DNA from: Tubulanus polymorphus
Lineage: Eukaryota; Animalia; Nemertea
DNA: 64,000 nucleotides
Direction: 5' to 3'
NCBI RefSeq assembly: GCF_964204645.1
Contig: NC_134026.1
Location: forward strand, 30,104,150-30,168,149
In this document: positions 52,548 to 64,000 of the stretch, piece after piece
How the letters are laid out: the number at the start of each line of letters is the position of its first letter
Numbering within the stretch: the stretch's first letter is position 1
Notes under the pieces: generated by a model
Told to the model about the DNA's origin: nothing
Database searches by the model: none
What the model saw: the letters and a program-made list of their open reading frames with translations, nothing else
Made by a program: the position numbers and the translations under genes

Positions 52548-55500
52548 ATGTCAAAAATGGTGCCAAAACTGGTTGTCATTTTGTCTCATCTTTTATTATT
52601 TAATGGAAAAATAAGAGAATGTCACACATTGGATGTGATACAGTCTGAAAGCAGAAAAGTGCAAGAATTAAATGGTATATGGGATTTTCGTGTAGATAAT
52701 TCCAGTAGTCGAAATGAAGGTTTCAAAAATAAATGGTTTATGAAGTTACTAAAGCAGGTAATACATTACTGTTAATGGTTAACTGTCACAAATTAGGAGA
52801 TTTCAAGTGAATTGAAGAAATAATGGAGTGTCATATATTCTAGACAGGAAATGTTATACCAATGCCGGTGCCAGCAAGCTACAATGACATCACACAAGAT
52901 AAATCTATACGAGATTTTGTCGGTTGGGCCTGGTATGATAGACAATTCTACTCTTCATTTGAGCCCAATAATGAGAGAGTTGTGCTGCGTATTGGAAGTG
53001 CTCATTATAACACAATAGTGGTGAGGCTGTCGGAAAAGATGCTATAAATGAGATTTATTTTAACACACTATTCTTTTATGGAATGTTTTGATTTTAGTGG
53101 TTGAATGGTGTTCCAATTACAAATCACTCTGGAGGACATTTACCATTTGAAATTGAAGTGAATGATCAACTCAACTTTAATAGTTTAAATCATTTGACAT
53201 TAGCCATCAATAATACTCTGTCTCCGACAACTTTACCTCCAGGATCTATAGCATTCAAAACTGATACTAATCTGTAAGTTTTTAGGCTGAACTGAATATA
53301 CTAATTCTATAATGGGCTGTCCATAAAAGACATCCACGCAAAATTCGAAGTTGAAGTAATCTTTTATAATGAACTAATGATTTGTCCTGGCTTACAGGAA
53401 TTAAAATGGAAAAAAGAAGGATGTCCCAGACCTAACAACCCCATACCTTGTCCACTTAAGTCCAAAGTTCACAAACCGCCCTCGACCTTTGATTTCTTTC
53501 ATGGACAGCCCCTAACTGTACCTGATACTGACTGTATCTGTTTTCAGATATCCTCCTGGATACTTTGTCCAGAATCTACAAATGGATTTTTTCAACTATG
53601 CCGGAATACATCGTTCAGTGTTGCTCTATACGACGCCCGTTGCTTACATTTCCGACATCACAATTATAACTGATATTATTGGTTCAACTGGTAATAATAA
53701 TTCACTAATAATATTTCATCTCTGATCAGTTTAATTACTATTGTTAAACGAGTATCTATATAATTCCAGGTGTTGTAAACTTCACAGTATCCTACTCCAG
53801 ATCTACACTACCGGTTTCATTTCATGTGGAAGTTGTAGATATGGATGGAAAAACTGTGGCTTCTACTAACACTTCGTATGGCATATTCAAAATTCCAAAC
53901 GCTAAACTCTGGTGGCCTTACACTATGAGCATGGATGATTATGCATATTTGTATACATTGAAGGTAATTATTGTTTCTAAAAGCAATATCTAAAAATATG
54001 AAATGAAAAAAAGGTATTACTAGAAATTCACATAAAACTGTATTTTTAGGTAGTTCTCAAGTCAGTTCAAAATACTGACATTTACAGACAATCATTTGGA
54101 ATTCGAACTGTAAAAATGCAGGATCATCAGATTCATATAAACCACAAACCGTTTTACTGTTACGGATTTGGTAAACATGAAGACGCCGATGTAAGTGTCT
54201 CTTTTTTGGGTTCGATGAATGCAGACTTAATGACATTTTGTGATTATCCTAAGTAGTCTTTCATCATTTATTTATTAAGATCCGTGGAAAAGGTCTCGAT
54301 TTACCGACTGTAGTGAAAGATTTCAATTTAATTAGATGGGTTGGTGCTAATTGTTTTCGCACGTCTCATTATCCTTATGCTGAAGAAATCATGGACATGG
54401 CTGATAAACTGGGAATTGTTGTTATTGATGAGTCTCCAGGCGTTGGAATAACCAAGTAGTGTCTAAGTTCCTCTAAGTTTCCATCATATTTTATTCTTTC
54501 TTTTTATCAAACATGAACATTGATAGTGCTTCGTAGGTTGACTTGATTTTATTAAAAATATAAGTTTTCACTTGCACTAGTAGCAAAATCAAATTAACCT
54601 AGAAAGTACTAACAGTCATTGAGCACCAGGTTAACCTCTACTATCTCATCTTATCTAATCTGCAGAAAAAGTAACATGGGTCCTATTTCACTGGCGCATC
54701 ATAAATCTGTAATGAAAGAACTCATTCACCGTGATAAAAATCGTCCGTCCGTGATCATGTGGTCCGTCGCTAATGAACCTGCATCAAATTTACCAGAAGC
54801 TGATTTTTATTTCAAGTACGTAAGATTTCGATTGATGAAGAGAAACTAGAATGTACAATCGCTGGTATTGAGTATAAATGTTATTATTTTGTTTCTAGAT
54901 CAGTGATTGATTACACAAGAACATTAGACTCAACTCGTCCGGTTACATTTGTTATTGGAGGTCTTACAAATGTTCTCACCGAAAAAGCTGTAAGACACCT
55001 CAAATCTTTTTGTACGAGGAAAACGAAAATTGAAAGAAAGGCTATGAAAGTTTTTAGTGTAATGTTTCACCTATTACTGAAAATGAGGGAACAATGTCAA
55101 TGAGTTTTACAACTTTTTTTGGTAATTGATGAATCAATCAATTTTGAGAATGGCTTGTTGCAAATCAGTTCAAAATAACACTCTTAATCATAGTTTTTCT
55201 TCTGATTAAGGATTTTCTGAAAATAGACAGTCACTTGTCTATGGAATTTATTGATGTGTGAATTTTTAATGTATTTCTCAGGCCCAGTATGTCGATGTAG
55301 TATGTATCAATTATTATTTTGGATGGTACAGTGATGTTGGTCATACAGAGGTCATACAACGTCACCTCAATTATCTACTGACTCAGTGGTTTGATAGATT
55401 CAAAAAACCGATCATTATCACGGAATATGGAGCGGATACAATTGTTGGTTTACATGCTGTGAGTATCAGAAAGTTTTCACAGATAACTCTGCTGAAGTTG

Positions 55501-56320
55501 GATCAGACCAACTCACGAGTTTACTGTTTAACTCTGTCCGTTGAAGCAGTTTATTCAAATTATATACTGTTTGAATGACAAGATATCGATTGATGTTTGT
55601 AGAATCCAGCGTACATATTCAGTGAAGAATACCAAGTCGAATTCATTAAACAATATCATAAATCCTTTGATAAACTGCGCAATGAATTCCTGGTCGGAGA
55701 AATGATTTGGAATTTTGCTGATTTTATGACTGCTCAAAGTGAGTATTCTGTAGATTCTGTCCTCTCCAAGAAAACCTGAATTTAAGGCTAAACAAAAATG
55801 ATACCTTGTTTCTCCGCAGCGGCCGGGTCATTTTTGTAAAATATGATAAAATTTATAAACAGTTCATTTCTATAGCGGCCAGGTCTGTTATGGTAAAATT
55901 GATCACGATTTAAAAAAAAGTAATGTATAGGGTAGATAGGCGGCCGGCCGGGTCAACATTTAAGCTCAGCAGAGTGGAGAAACAAGGTATCAATTTTTTT
56001 GGCCTAAAGACTAAAAAAGACTGAATGCATGGAATGTTAATGAATTGATTATTTATTTCAATTAAAGTAATGAAACTAAAGCAATGCGGAAATTGAAATT
56101 CTAATAAATAATCTCTAGTTTACATTGGACGGAAATATTCTAAAATCTCATTGTATTTTCAGGCATTAAAAGAGTTGGAGGCAACAAAAAAGGAATTTTC
56201 ACACGGCAAAGACAACCGAAAACAGCTGCTTTTATCATTCGTGATAGATACAATCATTTAACGTCGCAACTACAGCATTTTCACAATTACTCTGCTACTA
56301 ATACACATGGATACGAGTAA
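52548..56320 (+). CDS. GUSB: Beta-glucuronidase (GH2), multi-exon, with signal peptide
   Basis: [66 protein letters not shown] and [14 protein letters not shown]. Confidence 0.96.
53313..53512. mobile_element. PIF/Harbinger-type MITE in a GUSB intron
   Basis: TIRs gggctgtccat / atggacagccc, TAA on both flanks. Confidence 0.75.
55786..56004. mobile_element. PIF/Harbinger-type MITE in the last GUSB intron
   Basis: ~30-bp TIRs ggctaaacaaaaatgataccttgtttctcc / ggagaaacaaggtatcaatttttttggcc with a TAA target-site duplication. Confidence 0.85.
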
Positions 56321-56364
56321 AACAGTATTACGATTAGAGACTTCGAATGATCGATCAACAAAAT

Positions 56365-56561
56365 CACAACAATAACAAAATTCCTTGAAAATAGTTCGAA
56401 CAAGTTTGCTCGAGTCACTTCAGTCTCATCAGGTATAATATATGAATGTATATGCCCTTCTGCACGCAGTGAATTTCATATATTATACCTGATTAAGGTG
56501 AAGTGACTCGGTGAAATCAATCGGTAATATACTATCACAGATGAATTTTGTTATTGTTGTG
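56365..56561. repeat. ~197-nt foldback (palindromic MITE) between the convergent GUSB and IFT25 3' ends
   Basis: Paired arms cacaacaataacaaaattc/gaattttgttattgttgtg, cgagtcacttca/tgaagtgactcg and atcaggtataatatatgaa/ttcatatattatacctgat. Confidence 0.8.
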
Positions 56562-56677
56562 GCTTTATACAATGAGAGAAATGTGATATTTTATTTAATT
56601 GTATGAATTGCCAACATCATTGTTATTTTAATGCGCGAAGTTTCTGAGATTCATTCAGACGAGAGTGTAATTGATCT

Positions 56678-57748
56678 CTAAGCATTAGGTACAGCTGTTC
56701 CATCCACATTTATGTTATTGATAGACACAAAATGACCGGATCCCGATTCAATAGAAAACTTTAAATGTAGAGCCGTCGTATTCGTGAAGTTGAATTCTAA
56801 ATTCTGTTGCTGATATCTGTCGACGTTTTCCGCTTCTAGAAATAAAAACAAATCAATGATTATGATATCGTGAATGAAATACAGTTAATATCCATTATAA
56901 TAATGCCATCCATTTCAATGCCACTGTTAATCTAACACCAACATTTTTCTGTGAACGAATTCACCCAACCTTATTCAAATTTAATTGACATACTATTCTT
57001 TATATGCCAGATTCATTAAAATGCCATGTTTTTTATTGGTCCCAACTGGACGACTTCTGTTTTTTTTTCCTGTTTCTTATTACTGGAATGTACCTTTTTC
57101 TTCTAAGAACTCGAATGCTATTGGTGTATGTTGAGTGCTGCGCTCTATTGACAAATTTTTTACTGTAAAATAGTATAGAATGAAATAAATTTGAAAATCC
57201 CAATATATACAATTGAAGAATGTTTGTTGTTTAAGCTTACGGTTATAACAGGCAACAGATACAGTGTTTATATTCATCAGTGACGTAAATGTAATAATCA
57301 ACTCTTGAGGATAATTTCCTGTTGTGCACCACAAAGTATCGGGTTTACTGCAAATAGAACCGTTAGTTATTACAAGGATATGATTATTAGTCCGAATACC
57401 AGACAATCCTACCGATTTTAATATCCTAGTTAGAATCGTTGGTGATCAGCTTTTTTAATCGGATGGGCTTGTTGGTGAAAATATCCGATTGTGAAACTAA
57501 AGGTTACTGATCAATCAGTGTTTTTGTGACTGCTGTATAATGGAAGGCTCAAATTTGCTTATTTTAGGATAGCATCCATAGCAGTTGACTTTTTTGGGAC
57601 CTGCTGATGATTCCAAAGTCTAAAGGATGTCGATTGAGATATTTATTTAGATTTACCCGTCAATGACACATTCAGGAGGATGTTTCTCATCACAAGATGA
57701 AGCTAGAACAACCTGTGCTCCGGCCTCTGCTAATGCTACATCAAACAT
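56678..57748 (-). CDS. IFT25: Intraflagellar transport protein 25 (HSPB11), 4 coding exons
   Basis: MFDVALAEAGAQVVLASSCDEKHPPECVIDG|KPDTLWCTTGNYPQELIITF matches HSPB11/IFT25. Confidence 0.9.
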
Positions 57749-58700
57749 TGCGGCTCTCTACTACAAAATAAAAAGAAGAGTGAGCGGAAGGAAGGACATT
57801 CTAATTTTTTGCATGGTTATAACATGAATTAAATTCGTCATAACCTCAATAACCAGTATTTAAGGAATTCATTGAACATTTATACAAACATACCTTTTAC
57901 TACTACTTCAAAACAAAAATCGACAAAAATATTTGGATCAATTCAATTCAATCACTTCCTACTCCATATTTTCTCAAGGTTATACGTATGCTAAGCACCG
58001 CCCGAAACTAACCAAATAACCAAGGAAAAACCGGGCCGGTCACCAGCGTTTCATAATTCAGCTACCGGGTCTTTAATACATGTACTGCCATCATAAAACA
58101 ATGCCTTATACCGGTTAGTAAAAACTCCTAATCGACATACGTCTACCAGACCTTCAGGTCAGATGGTGAAGACTAGACCGATGCGACTTGCGCCCCGCCG
58201 GCTGAGTGAGGACTTAAGAATATAATCGTACCGGGTACTCCAAAACTTATGCTGCCCTCACCTTTAACGAAGTAAAACACACCGCAACCCGGATAGACTC
58301 ATTCCGGTCTCATCCTCCAGCAAAACGGGGTTCATAATGATACTGTGGTACCTGTGTAAAGTCCGGCGCGGTACCCAGAACTGACCCGGCGCGTTACTAG
58401 TTCCGCGTATCTGACTTTGATGTAAACATTTGATAAAAAATCCCCATAAAAACATTGAATACCCGTCTATCTTCACAATATTGTTGAGTGTTTGACTTTA
58501 TTTTCATAATTAGCTTAAACATTGCGAGATAAATTTGGATATATTTATCACAGACTTATTTTACACCGAGTTCGAAAGTAATTTTGAGTGAAAATCATTA
58601 ATACTGATATTAATCAAAAGCACACTTGTGTGGGGTTATCGGCGCAGAACCATTTCAAAATCAATTAAAGAAAGCACCTACAACAGAACATTTGCCTAAA

Positions 58701-59855
58701 TCAAAGTTTAGCTACAATTGGAAGTTGTTTTATTCCCCGTAGCCTCATCCGACTGATACCACCATCGGGAGCCATCGTTATTCTAATGTGGCTGACAACT
58801 CCACAGTTTCTCACCATGTCTAAACCTTTATAATAATGCCTCTTATGTGGCGATAACTTTTGCGGCGGAAGCAAGATTTTCCACGCCTTTTGATTCTGAT
58901 TTGACGATGACAAATCTAATTCATTTTTCTCGTTCGCCTGGTTGACGAAACAAGCTTCGATTTTACAAGAATCGGGAAAATTTCCTTTAAAGTGATTCGT
59001 ATCAATTTCGATGTTTGAAATGATTCCCGGATGTCCCAAACGAAATATGGCGTATTCTGAGCCGGGGACTTGTAAAATTCCGCTGTCATCTGCTTCAAGT
59101 ATCGCCGGTCGATCGAGTCTCCTCGCTGTCTCCCATCCGTCGCCCATATTTACACCTCGACCTGGTGCGATTATATTACGAGCGTGGCCATAATGCGTGT
59201 TCGAATATCCAACACAAACGCCGCCATTTTCCATCGCGGCTAAATCGATCATCTTATCGGACGATATCTTTGACCAATCCAACTTCACGTGACCGTATAC
59301 TCTGAATCTAGCGATACCTCCATCCGGAAACATGTTCAGTCTCAGATGGGTCCATCTTTCCTCGTTCTCTATCGGAATGTAATTATGTCTTGTCGATAAA
59401 TATCCAGGACGTAGTTTAGTCATAGGAACGATCGTTTTCCAATTCTCAGATTTCAATTTATCAACTTCCTCAAATTGTTCCGAATCGGCCGCAGTTCCTA
59501 TTTTAGAAACTCTCTGAGGGATATCCGAATCGAGGTTGATCGCCTGAACGGACGCCCTCGGTGCGAAGTTACCAGTGAAATAACAAGTATCTATATCAAT
59601 ACCGGATATAACACCGGGTCTACCCAACTGAATAATACACCAATCATGTCCAGGAATTCTCTTCCTCCTTGTCTCCCAGCCGTCCATCCATTTACCAAAC
59701 TCTGTAAATTCACCTTCCCTCCATTCTGGTTCGGACGGCTTCAGAAGGTTTTCCGCCACTGCAAACCAGTCATCCGTGGAGAATATAATTTTCCCGCCAT
59801 TTCTTTCATTGGCCAAATCATTGAGTTCAGTAAATTTCGGTGCTTTTGTTTCCAT
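58701..59855 (-). CDS. ALLC: Allantoicase; single coding exon, C-terminal PTS1 (AKL)
   Basis: Two allantoicase repeats: GKWMDGWETRRKR..GHDWCII, GDGWETARR, DTNHFKGNFP, PDGGISR. First ATG at 59855; probable 5' UTR intron at 60214-59912. Confidence 0.95.
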   Translation of the reverse strand: METKAPKFTELNDLANERNGGKIIFSTDDWFAVAENLLKPSEPEWREGEFTEFGKWMDGWETRRKRIPGHDWCIIQLGRPGVISGIDIDTCYFTGNFAPRASVQAINLDSDIPQRVSKIGTAADSEQFEEVDKLKSENWKTIVPMTKLRPGYLSTRHNYIPIENEERWTHLRLNMFPDGGIARFRVYGHVKLDWSKISSDKMIDLAAMENGGVCVGYSNTHYGHARNIIAPGRGVNMGDGWETARRLDRPAILEADDSGILQVPGSEYAIFRLGHPGIISNIEIDTNHFKGNFPDSCKIEACFVNQANEKNELDLSSSNQNQKAWKILLPPQKLSPHKRHYYKGLDMVRNCGVVSHIRITMAPDGGISRMRLRGIKQLPIVAKL

Positions 59856-61889
59856 TTTCAAGCTTCGATTTCCTCGTCGTAATTATGTTTTTTTTTTTGA
59901 GGAAACGAAACCTAGAAAACAAGATTAAACGACTTTATAAACAAACTGATAACTTATCTAATTCTAACGCGACGACGCGCAAAAAGGCGTGTCACGTAAA
60001 TTCTTTGCCGAGTTTTCAAAAACCCCGCCATTCAAGCGGGTGACATCTCGTGCCAAAAGCTGAAATTAAATCGTAATTATGTTTGGCGGGTCTTTATATC
60101 TATCAGAGCATAAAATCTACGTAACTATTCTAGACAGTAACACAATCATTAGCTAATGAGTAAATTGACCCGCTGTCCGTCCCATCTGCCGTTGCGTTCC
60201 GCTCATTTTCTTACCTTTTTCACCTTTATCGGGTCTTCTAGGAGCCCACACCGCGAGGCAACGGTTTATTCAGAGTCACTAGCGCCCGTTATATTAGATT
60301 CGAGTCCCAGAGAATCGTCCTGTACGATTTAACAGAAGCAATAGCACTAGACTGAACTTTTGTTTCAGGGTCATAAAACCTTACACCTTTTTTAAATTCA
60401 GCATGAAAAACTTCGTTAAGTTGACACACCGATGCTAGCGAATAATTTCAATTTTCTAACTTGCTAGGCCTAGTTTCGGAGCATACCCCGGCCAAAATAA
60501 GATTCGATCCAACCGAGGGAACCAACTAATCAATAAATGATTTAAATTCGTTACCTACTATGAAAGGCTCTGTCTTGCAATGGCGGTTGCTTATCGTCAA
60601 ACTGAAATCGGTCGTTCGTCCTACGAGTCGGCTGGACAAATTATCTAACTGATATCCAGTGATCTGTTGAAAATTCCAGGTCATCAGTAAAATCAAATAT
60701 ATGAACACACGTATATCACCGTACAGACAATAACAATTGATATGACGCACAGAAACTGATTTAATGCCGTTAGATAGTAACAACTATTATTTCACTTGAA
60801 CCCCAGATTACTTGAATGGTAATTACGGTTGGAATTCATACAGTCGCGTGGGGCCCGTTTTACTTTCAAGAAAATTCGAAATTTGTGCGTCATTCTAATC
60901 AGTTTACAAAGACTTGTAATCACACATTTCCCGTTAATATCACGATTATTCTGGACTCGAAAAGTGGTTAATTTTCTGATATTTTTATCACTGGAGTAGA
61001 AAGTTATGACAAAATTCTTCGGGCCTTTTTGATTTGTTTAACCACCATGTCAAAATGTAAAGACGCACCCCCGGGATACATCAGTAACCTTTCCAAGGGA
61101 TTCTGTGTGACGTGCGGTAAATTTTTTCTGGTGACTAAGCTTAAGCCCGCCGCATACGGCATAACAAAAAACATCGAAAACGTTTTTTTCGGTGCCGTGT
61201 GCAGCGGGCTTCTCGCAGCAATTTCGATAAATAATTACGTAATTCAGTCAGTAAACCATGCGAACTGCATCTTACGGACTCTTCTTAATCATCATCGCTA
61301 TGATCAACAACTGGTTAAATTCCAAAGCTTCACACGCTTAGTCTTCAGCTTCGATTGTCCACCACCAGATCAAATCAGAAGTGAAGTGGTCTTAAGTGTA
61401 ACGTTGTTTAGGAATTGAGCGTTATCAAGAGAACGCGCACGTGTTTCGAATCTCTTTCCAAAAAGTCGAACTATTCCGCGATATTTTTTATAGCATATGA
61501 ATAAATATAATTCGACCTTCAATTCATTTTTGTCTAAATATCGATAAATGATTTCTTTCCTTGATAAAAATATTGAGTCGACGATCCAGGAATTATTGCA
61601 GCTGGTGTTGAGTGTATTTGATTTAGATAAACTCATCATGATTTATGTCACCGACAATTCTAATAAAAACGCGCAATTTAATTTCTGATAAAGATATTCC
61701 CTTTTCTCCCGTGCGTCGTCACACGAGCTGGAAGTTCAAGTCAAGGTATGTTTGTGCACATTTTTAAAAAGATTTTTTAACGTTCGCTATAACAACTCGC
61801 GCTTTTATTGACATATGTATTCAGCCAGCATGATATTTATCATCGTGTATTTTTACCAGTGAGTTAATTTGTGTGTGTAACATTTGTAG

Positions 61890-62117
61890 ATGAATAAGAT
61901 GATATTAATGTTGGGATTGATGGTTGTTTGCCTGAGTTTCGTAAGCGCTCGTAATTCAGATAAAGTAATAGCCGGTTGCAAACACTACGGATGCCAATAC
62001 TGCGCTGACCGGACTCTTAATTTTGATCTGGAGAAATGTAACCATTGGTGTGAAGTTGTTGACAGAGGTTATGACGTCAGATGTACTGAATTGAAGCAAT
62101 TATACGAAAGTATTTAA
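61890..62117 (+). CDS. Small secreted 6-cysteine peptide, eclosion-hormone-like Cys framework
   Basis: Hydrophobic signal peptide MNKMILMLGLMVVCLSFVSA; ~55-aa mature peptide with C-x4-C-x2-C-x11-C-x3-C-x10-C; 5' UTR intron 61746-61889 ends right before the ATG; AATAAA at 62151. Confidence 0.8.
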   Translation: MNKMILMLGLMVVCLSFVSARNSDKVIAGCKHYGCQYCADRTLNFDLEKCNHWCEVVDRGYDVRCTELKQLYESI

Positions 62118-64000
62118 GTCAGTAATATATCGGTGATTTCTTTGACGAGTAATAAACACATAAATCAACCATTATTCGTTCCTTTTTATTTTCTCTGCAA
62201 TATCCACCAGCAAATATCGCAAAGAATTCCCGCTATTTCGGTTTCAATCCCAACAATATCTGCAAACTAGAGCTTGTACTAGACACGGAAAATATTTGAC
62301 GTAATATTTACAGAAAATTCGCGCTGTGAGACAGAAGCTGATGGACTCCTCCTCATCCAGCGGAATTCACGGGAGACAATGTGGTTCGGTGTTCGGACTC
62401 TCATTTTAGGATTTTCGTTGTTTCTGACTGTAACCAGTTTGTTGATGTTTTACGTTTTACTTTATCTAAATATGTTTGGTGATCAACTGTCATACTGATC
62501 AATATATGCTCCTCAACAAAAATATTTCGAAAAGATGACAAAATTGTGGATAAAAAGTGCATTCTCGATAAAGGAGAAACAAGTCTGATTTATCACAGAA
62601 TAAAGGATAGAGGTATTTAAACAAATTTATATATAAGCATTACAAACTCCATCAATACGCATAATTTGTATATTAAATTTTTCAGTATTAATTGACGGAT
62701 GAAACGAAATACATTTGCCAGATCTTGATATATCACATGAACTAAGTAATTGTAAAATACGATTTTATCGCTGTTGATGATAACTGTCTATTGATCTGAG
62801 AAGAGATTAAATGAAATTCAACTGTCAAAATAGTCATAAATATCCGTAATCTGCAGGAAACTTGTAAATTGATAAGATTTTATTTTACTGATTATGCTTT
62901 CATTATTCGATGAATGATTATGTTGTGTGTACTGATTTCTGCTGGTTGTCAGTAATGTTTTTATGTATCTCGTACAAGGTAGCAGGTGCCATATAGTGCA
63001 TCGTAATTACATAAAAGGATCGAACATTACTTTCATATCATGTTCCTTCAATAGCGTTATGTATACATTATGGTTTTCTTTAGAAAATAGAGAAACTGCA
63101 TCTTCCGGATAAGCTTCTTATCAATGAGCGCATTCTAACTACGTGTTTTTAGCGACGATTGTTTCCTAAAAATCTGATCAGCTCTCTCCCGTAAAACAAT
63201 TCAGAGTACCTTTTATCCATCGAATACCGTGAATTGAAGATAGTCGAGAAGGTTCTAGAGTGTTCCCTCCATTTGATACCGATTTTGCGATTTTGCTTTT
63301 TTGAACACGACAACATATTTTACTTCGAATTATTTTTTCAGTTGTAAGAAAATTACAATTGATTTTGTAGATGTTTTATTCGAATTCCCCTTGTTTAAAA
63401 CCATAAGTCACTGAACAAATGCTTGATGGATCCAAGAATCAGTGTCCATTTATACTACTGCAGGCATTACCCTATCTGAGCTATCTACACTGGATATGAA
63501 TAAATGCACTAAAAATTTATTTCCTGCAACAAAATTGATTTGTGGCTGATATGGAGAAATTTTAGGAATTTTTTAATCAAAAATTCTCGACGCTTAAATC
63601 GTCGAAAGTATCGGTGAGTAAACAATCCGACCGTGAATGGATTTTAAACGGTTCAAGTTGATCTGAAAGGATACATCAAAATGTTGATTAAATGTCGGTA
63701 ACGAGAGCTCGGTTTTTATTTCTAAATCCAGTCGGGATCCATCGATTGTGGTTTGTGAGATCGGTGTCCTCTATCTAATCAGATAAATGCCATTAGATAC
63801 AGACTGTACAGAAGCAGCAGTTCAGGAATAGAAATAAAACAGTCGACAGGAAACTAGAATTATGACCGGTCGCGATCGAACCACCGCGTCTGTCAGCGGG
63901 GCTTTAGTATTATTAGGTAATTATCGAGACCAATAAAATATCAGTTAATGTTCGTTTCGGTAGAGACACTAAACGCACTGAAACGGTATTATTTACTCTT

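Noticed and set aside
58000-58480. Telomerase, RNase P/MRP or U12 RNA
   Set aside because: No CUAACCCU template, and the conserved regions are missing or out of order.
60170-60320. Structured ncRNA upstream of allantoicase
   Set aside because: Explained by the probable non-coding first exon and donor (60214) and the promoter of ALLC.
60526-61639. ORFs of 85-129 aa
   Set aside because: No recognisable motifs or splice context, and mostly non-ATG starts; likely random.

Overview
AT-rich, compact animal genomic DNA with short GT-AG introns, probably from a marine spiralian invertebrate; the species cannot be determined from the sequence alone. The window holds about 13 tightly packed protein genes, several in head-to-head pairs. 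In order: the 3' end of CFAP58, an equilibrative nucleoside transporter (SLC29), AS3MT, KCMF1, QDPR, attractin, MAP9, a C2orf42 homolog, an unnamed ~991-aa disordered protein, GUSB, IFT25/HSPB11, an allantoicase with an intronless CDS ending in PTS1 (AKL), and a small secreted 6-Cys peptide with eclosion-hormone-like spacing. Many MITEs and foldbacks are present, plus a ~620-bp (GAGAGG)n tract. The most notable observations are the eclosion-hormone-like peptide, a candidate 3-nt microexon in AS3MT, a U12 AT-AC intron in KCMF1, short linear motifs in the orphan disordered protein, the ENT/AS3MT divergent pair and an extended let-7-complementary site. All gene names come from my recognition of motifs; no database searches were run.
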